The translations under genes were made by a program, and so were the position numbers. Below, one piece after another: positions 60,641-64,000 of a stretch of DNA of 64,000 bases; positions within the stretch are counted from its first letter, which is position 1; every line of letters begins with the position of its first letter. The notes below the pieces were generated by a model that searched no databases, had not been told where the DNA came from, and saw nothing but the letters and a program-made list of their open reading frames with translations. Location of the stretch: IMG/VR virus record IMGVR_UViG_3300025949_000016. One strand, 5' to 3'. This stretch comes from a virus.

Positions 60641-61148
60641 TTTCTTCTAATTTTTTTGTTTTATAACCTTCATGCATTCTTACAATGTAATCTATACGCA
60701 TAAATCTTTCACTATGTTCTATAAAGGCTCTGCTCACCTGTCCTTTAAAATCCCTACAGGCTAAAAATCCATAAAAATCATTATTTTCTATCTTGTATTT
60801 AACGTGATCATAATCCCATCCTATCTTACCTTTCATATTACCAGAGTGAAAATTAAACTCTAAATTACCTGTTTCTATTAAATGTTTTCTATTAGGCGGA
60901 AAAAGGCCTAACCATATTCTACCTAATCCTTTTGGTAATATAATACCCTCTCTATTATTAATAGCTTGATTTCTTATCTCAAGGTTTATTTCTCCTACAA
61001 TAAATTTAAAATCTCCATACTCCATGGAAAGTTTAGGATTTTGACTTAGAAATTTTTTATACGTCTCTCTACTAATAAGATTATGTCTTTTTGGTCTAAA
61101 TCTTGGTGCAAATAAATCCGGATCTTTTGTTCTTTTATAGAGGTTCAT
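60573..61148 (-). CDS. IHF/HU-like protein of the tail module
   Basis: GIILPKGLGRI resembles the HU beta-arm start; basic; synteny. Confidence 0.55.
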   Translation of the reverse strand: MNLYKRTKDPDLFAPRFRPKRHNLISRETYKKFLSQNPKLSMEYGDFKFIVGEINLEIRNQAINNREGIILPKGLGRIWLGLFPPNRKHLIETGNLEFNFHSGNMKGKIGWDYDHVKYKIENNDFYGFLACRDFKGQVSRAFIEHSERFMRIDYIVRMHEGYKTKKLEENERRRLDDTISNQSDQDTTQTS

Positions 61149-61184
61149 TATATACGTTTGGTTTTATAAACTATATCTCCTATT

Positions 61185-61216
61185 ATAATATACTAAATTT
61201 TTGTTACATTTACAAT
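61185..61216 (-). promoter_or_regulatory. candidate second-class (late) promoter
   Basis: ATTG - 20 nt - TATATTAT upstream of the tail operon. Confidence 0.5.
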
Positions 61217-61230
61217 TAATTTTTAAAATT

Positions 61231-61259
61231 AAAAAGGCCAGTATTTCTACTGACCTTTC
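61231..61259 (-). terminator. intrinsic terminator
   Basis: AAAGGCCAGTA/TACTGACCTTT hairpin with a T run on the minus strand. Confidence 0.7.
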
Positions 61260-61289
61260 TTGTCCAAATTACGGATATATAAACTATGA

Positions 61290-62210
61290 CTACAGTTCCA
61301 TTGGTATTAATACTGGCACTTTACCTTCAAGTACAACTCCACATGATATAATAGGTTTATTAGGTAAATCTCTTCCATAATTAAAAGCATATTGCTTATA
61401 ATCAATACCGCATCCAACTGTCATACCAAATATAATGTCTTTATAAGAAGCACTATATTTGATATTAGAAACGCTATGTAAATGTCCAATAACAGCTGAT
61501 TGTCTATTTTTATCTGCTATTTTCATAGCTGCACCATCTCCGGATAGACCTGTACCATGTGTATAAAATACATCATCAATAACATGATGTAAACCAAATT
61601 CATAAGTATCAGGGACTTGAAGAATTTGTTCTAAAGATTTGATCCAAAATTTAGGAAGACCTGAGCTAAATACTCTTCGAACCGGTAATTCATCATGATT
61701 ACCTATACATACCTTAGCTTCTGGAAAAGCCAAGTACCAGCGTTTTAAACGCTCTATAGCAAGCAAGTATTCATCATAAGGAGATTTCCCATTGGGATCA
61801 TGTTCATGATATGACACAGCATGATTATCAAGTAAATCACCTATAAATAACACCTTATTACAATTGAAGTCATTGTATACTTTTAGACAATGTTCTAGAT
61901 AGCCATCTAAGCAAAAAGGCTCATGTAAGTCACCTATAATCAATACATTAGATCCATTTTCTACTTTCTTTTTTCTACCTTCAAACCATTTAACAGGTTT
62001 AATTGCTTCTTCTTTTGGAAGCATAATTTCCTTATAATAAGATAATTTACTTCTACTCTTTGAAATTTGTGGGTTTTTATTTTTTAATTCAAAGATTACT
62101 TTTTCTACATCCTCTAATGAGAGTTTAAAATAATCCGCTAACCATTGCTTACCCTTTTTAAGATAACTTGGTTTTTCTTCTAAAAGCTTACGAAAATTAA
62201 TAATTGTCAT
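61290..62210 (-). CDS. calcineurin-like metallophosphoesterase with N-terminal extension
   Basis: GDLH, GDLLD, GNHD, THG, GHLH. Confidence 0.88.
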   Translation of the reverse strand: MTIINFRKLLEEKPSYLKKGKQWLADYFKLSLEDVEKVIFELKNKNPQISKSRSKLSYYKEIMLPKEEAIKPVKWFEGRKKKVENGSNVLIIGDLHEPFCLDGYLEHCLKVYNDFNCNKVLFIGDLLDNHAVSYHEHDPNGKSPYDEYLLAIERLKRWYLAFPEAKVCIGNHDELPVRRVFSSGLPKFWIKSLEQILQVPDTYEFGLHHVIDDVFYTHGTGLSGDGAAMKIADKNRQSAVIGHLHSVSNIKYSASYKDIIFGMTVGCGIDYKQYAFNYGRDLPNKPIISCGVVLEGKVPVLIPMEL

Positions 62211-62231
62211 AGTTTATATCTTTTTACAATA

Positions 62232-62263
62232 CAAAGATAAGGATAATTTTCGAAACTACCAAA
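62232..62263 (-). promoter_or_regulatory. Bacteroidota sigma-A-type promoter
   Basis: minus strand TTTG - 20 nt - TATCTTTG. Confidence 0.8.
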
Positions 62264-62280
62264 TTTATTTTTCGGCGAAT

Positions 62281-62306
62281 AAAAAACCCGGGATATTTCG
62301 CCCGGG
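62281..62306 (-). terminator. intrinsic terminator
   Basis: CCCGGG-N8-CCCGGG hairpin followed by a T run on the minus strand. Confidence 0.7.
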
Positions 62307-62351
62307 CTAAACTTTACATAAAGTAAAACCAAGAAAAAACCCTATGTTAGT

Positions 62352-63680
62352 TTAAACATTATGAATAGTTACACCACTTATATTTTGACCATTAGCTATA
62401 GTGAAGTTAGCACTATATCCGTTTGGAGAGAAGGCTTTTACATATAAGTCAGTATATCCTCTAGCACCATTCGTACCAGCTCCAGAATTAGACCATGGAA
62501 TATTGGGTAATTGTGGACTAGGGTCAGTTGTATGAATATTAGCCCCACTGTTATAAGTAGTTACACCTTGAGGTATATTTACTACGAAAGGATAATGTGG
62601 ATGTCCTCCAAAACTTGTTTCTCCATTAGGAAATGAAGGACAATTCTGAGCGCCAGGAGGAGGTGTGAATATATCATATCCATTAGATACATTGCATTTT
62701 AGGCCAGGACATGCATTACAAGATGTTTCACGAGTATATCCGAAATACAATGTCATCGGAAATGTAGTAGGCTGTGGGAAAGTGAATACTAAATACATTG
62801 TACCATTGGCAAATGTTCCTACTGCATTAGTATCAGAATTCATTGATATTGTACCATTTATACTAGCATTACTAGTCGTAATTGTTTGAGTTTGACTAAT
62901 AGCCGTTCCACCCGTAGAGCAATTCTTTCTTACATTTACTTGATAAATAGTAGAAGGATTAAGATTAGTAGCTGTATATGGACTTGTGGTAAGACCAGCT
63001 GCAACTACACTATTATTAACTAAGATGTCAAATGTACCACCTGTAGAAGGATTCCAGCTTATATCAAATCCACTGGCTGTTGGGTTATTAACTGCAATAG
63101 TTGGTGCTACACAAGAAGTACTTGTAGTAAATGGAGAATTAGTGCATACCTGCGATCTTGTATTTCCAGCATCTATATAAGATATACTTAGAGAATAGAT
63201 AGTATTTGGATTGAGTCCAGTAATACTGTCATTAATAGTCGAAAATGGAGAAGAATAAGTTTTAGCCCCTGCATTAGTTAAATTCGACATATTAGTTATC
63301 GTTACTTTAACAGTTTGTATCCATGTACCTGAATTATTAGCTGAATTAGGTACTGCTATACTATAAGATACAGAGTCAAAACTAGGAGTTATTGTGTTTA
63401 TTGTAGGGCATACATACTTTATAAATGGACCTTGAGTAATCAAAGGACCATTACCAGAAGAAGGACAATGACAATATCCATATATAGTATATTCTACATT
63501 ATCATCTAATCCAGTTATACTAGCTGAATTCTGAGTGTTAGGTAATGGAGCACCAGTGTATAATGTCCATCCTGTTCCATTTACAGGAGTTCCTGTAGCA
63601 ATATTTTTCTTACCATAGTAAATGTATTGACCATCAGAAGAAGAACCACAAGCATCCCAAGTGAGATTAATTGTTGCCAT
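62352..63680 (-). CDS. fibronectin type III repeat virion protein
   Basis: three units with ITGLDDNVEY, ITGLNPNTIY, TNLNPSTIYQV. Confidence 0.8.
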   Translation of the reverse strand: MATINLTWDACGSSSDGQYIYYGKKNIATGTPVNGTGWTLYTGAPLPNTQNSASITGLDDNVEYTIYGYCHCPSSGNGPLITQGPFIKYVCPTINTITPSFDSVSYSIAVPNSANNSGTWIQTVKVTITNMSNLTNAGAKTYSSPFSTINDSITGLNPNTIYSLSISYIDAGNTRSQVCTNSPFTTSTSCVAPTIAVNNPTASGFDISWNPSTGGTFDILVNNSVVAAGLTTSPYTATNLNPSTIYQVNVRKNCSTGGTAISQTQTITTSNASINGTISMNSDTNAVGTFANGTMYLVFTFPQPTTFPMTLYFGYTRETSCNACPGLKCNVSNGYDIFTPPPGAQNCPSFPNGETSFGGHPHYPFVVNIPQGVTTYNSGANIHTTDPSPQLPNIPWSNSGAGTNGARGYTDLYVKAFSPNGYSANFTIANGQNISGVTIHNV

Positions 63681-63697
63681 TATTTTTTATTTTGATT

Positions 63698-64000
63698 TTA
63701 GCTTATTGTTACGTTAAGATTAGACAATTGCGGGCAAGAAGGTACATTAGGGGTAGTAATAGTTTGCTTACCACATACTTTATTATACGATCCAGCCTTA
63801 ACCTGTACTTGAACTTGATAGGAAGTATTTGCGATTAATCCGTTAAATGCATCTGTAATAGTACTATTAAATGGAGCTTGCATATTCTTAGTTTGAATAA
63901 CATTATTACCAGTAGAATCAAATAATGTAACCACATATGTATCTATATCTCCACCTAAACTTACAAATGAATAAGTAATTGAATTATCTGTAGTTGTTAA
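63698..64000 (-). CDS. fibronectin type III protein, 5' end outside the window
   Basis: frame open to the window edge; FNGLIANTSYQVQV. Confidence 0.75.
   Translation of the reverse strand, partial: LTTTDNSITYSFVSLGGDIDTYVVTLFDSTGNNVIQTKNMQAPFNSTITDAFNGLIANTSYQVQVQVKAGSYNKVCGKQTITTPNVPSCPQLSNLNVTIS

Noticed and set aside
27149-63180. Many 60-106 aa ORFs nested in or antisense to the large minus-strand genes
   Set aside because: No motifs or expression signals; expected shadows of long AT-rich genes
1-64000. Stop-codon reassignment as in some crAss-like phages
   Set aside because: ORFs up to 4161 aa are intact in the standard code, and TAG (8894-8896) and TGA (11081-11083) end genes right at the next start
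1-64000. tRNA genes, CRISPR arrays, DGR reverse transcriptase, inteins
   Set aside because: No cloverleaf, repeat-spacer array, RT motif or intein-sized insertion seen by eye; not excluded by a formal scan

Overview
An AT-rich 64 kb segment of a crAss-like (Crassvirales-type) Bacteroidota phage genome, read in the standard code, with two convergent blocks meeting at a bidirectional terminator (~26464-26488). The + strand (1-26452) carries small accessory genes, two metallophosphoesterases, the replication module (initiator-like protein, DnaB helicase, Sak4-like ATPase, SSB, primase, resolvase, dUTPase, MazG-like, family B polymerase) and a ~10 kb amide-bond cluster. That cluster encodes a gamma-glutamylcyclotransferase, an ATP-grasp ligase, a class II and two class I glutamine amidotransferases, two COOH-NH2/amidoligases and two GNAT-like proteins. 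The ATP-grasp gene is split by a group I intron (9712-10609) carrying a GIY-YIG homing endonuclease; its exon 2 is missing from the ORF track. The - strand (26488-64000) carries giant virion cargo proteins, including the DFDID-motif RNA polymerase with embedded histidine-phosphatase, zincin and ASCH-like domains. It also encodes a tandem HiPIP-like protein, GG-motif-punctuated cargo proteins, tail proteins, an IHF-like protein and FN3 proteins. Non-coding signals include five Bacteroidota sigma-A-type promoters, a second promoter class (WTTG-N20-TATATTRT), a structured ~117-nt intergenic element and an exact 29-bp direct repeat flanking it. All calls come from reading motifs by eye; no database searches were run.
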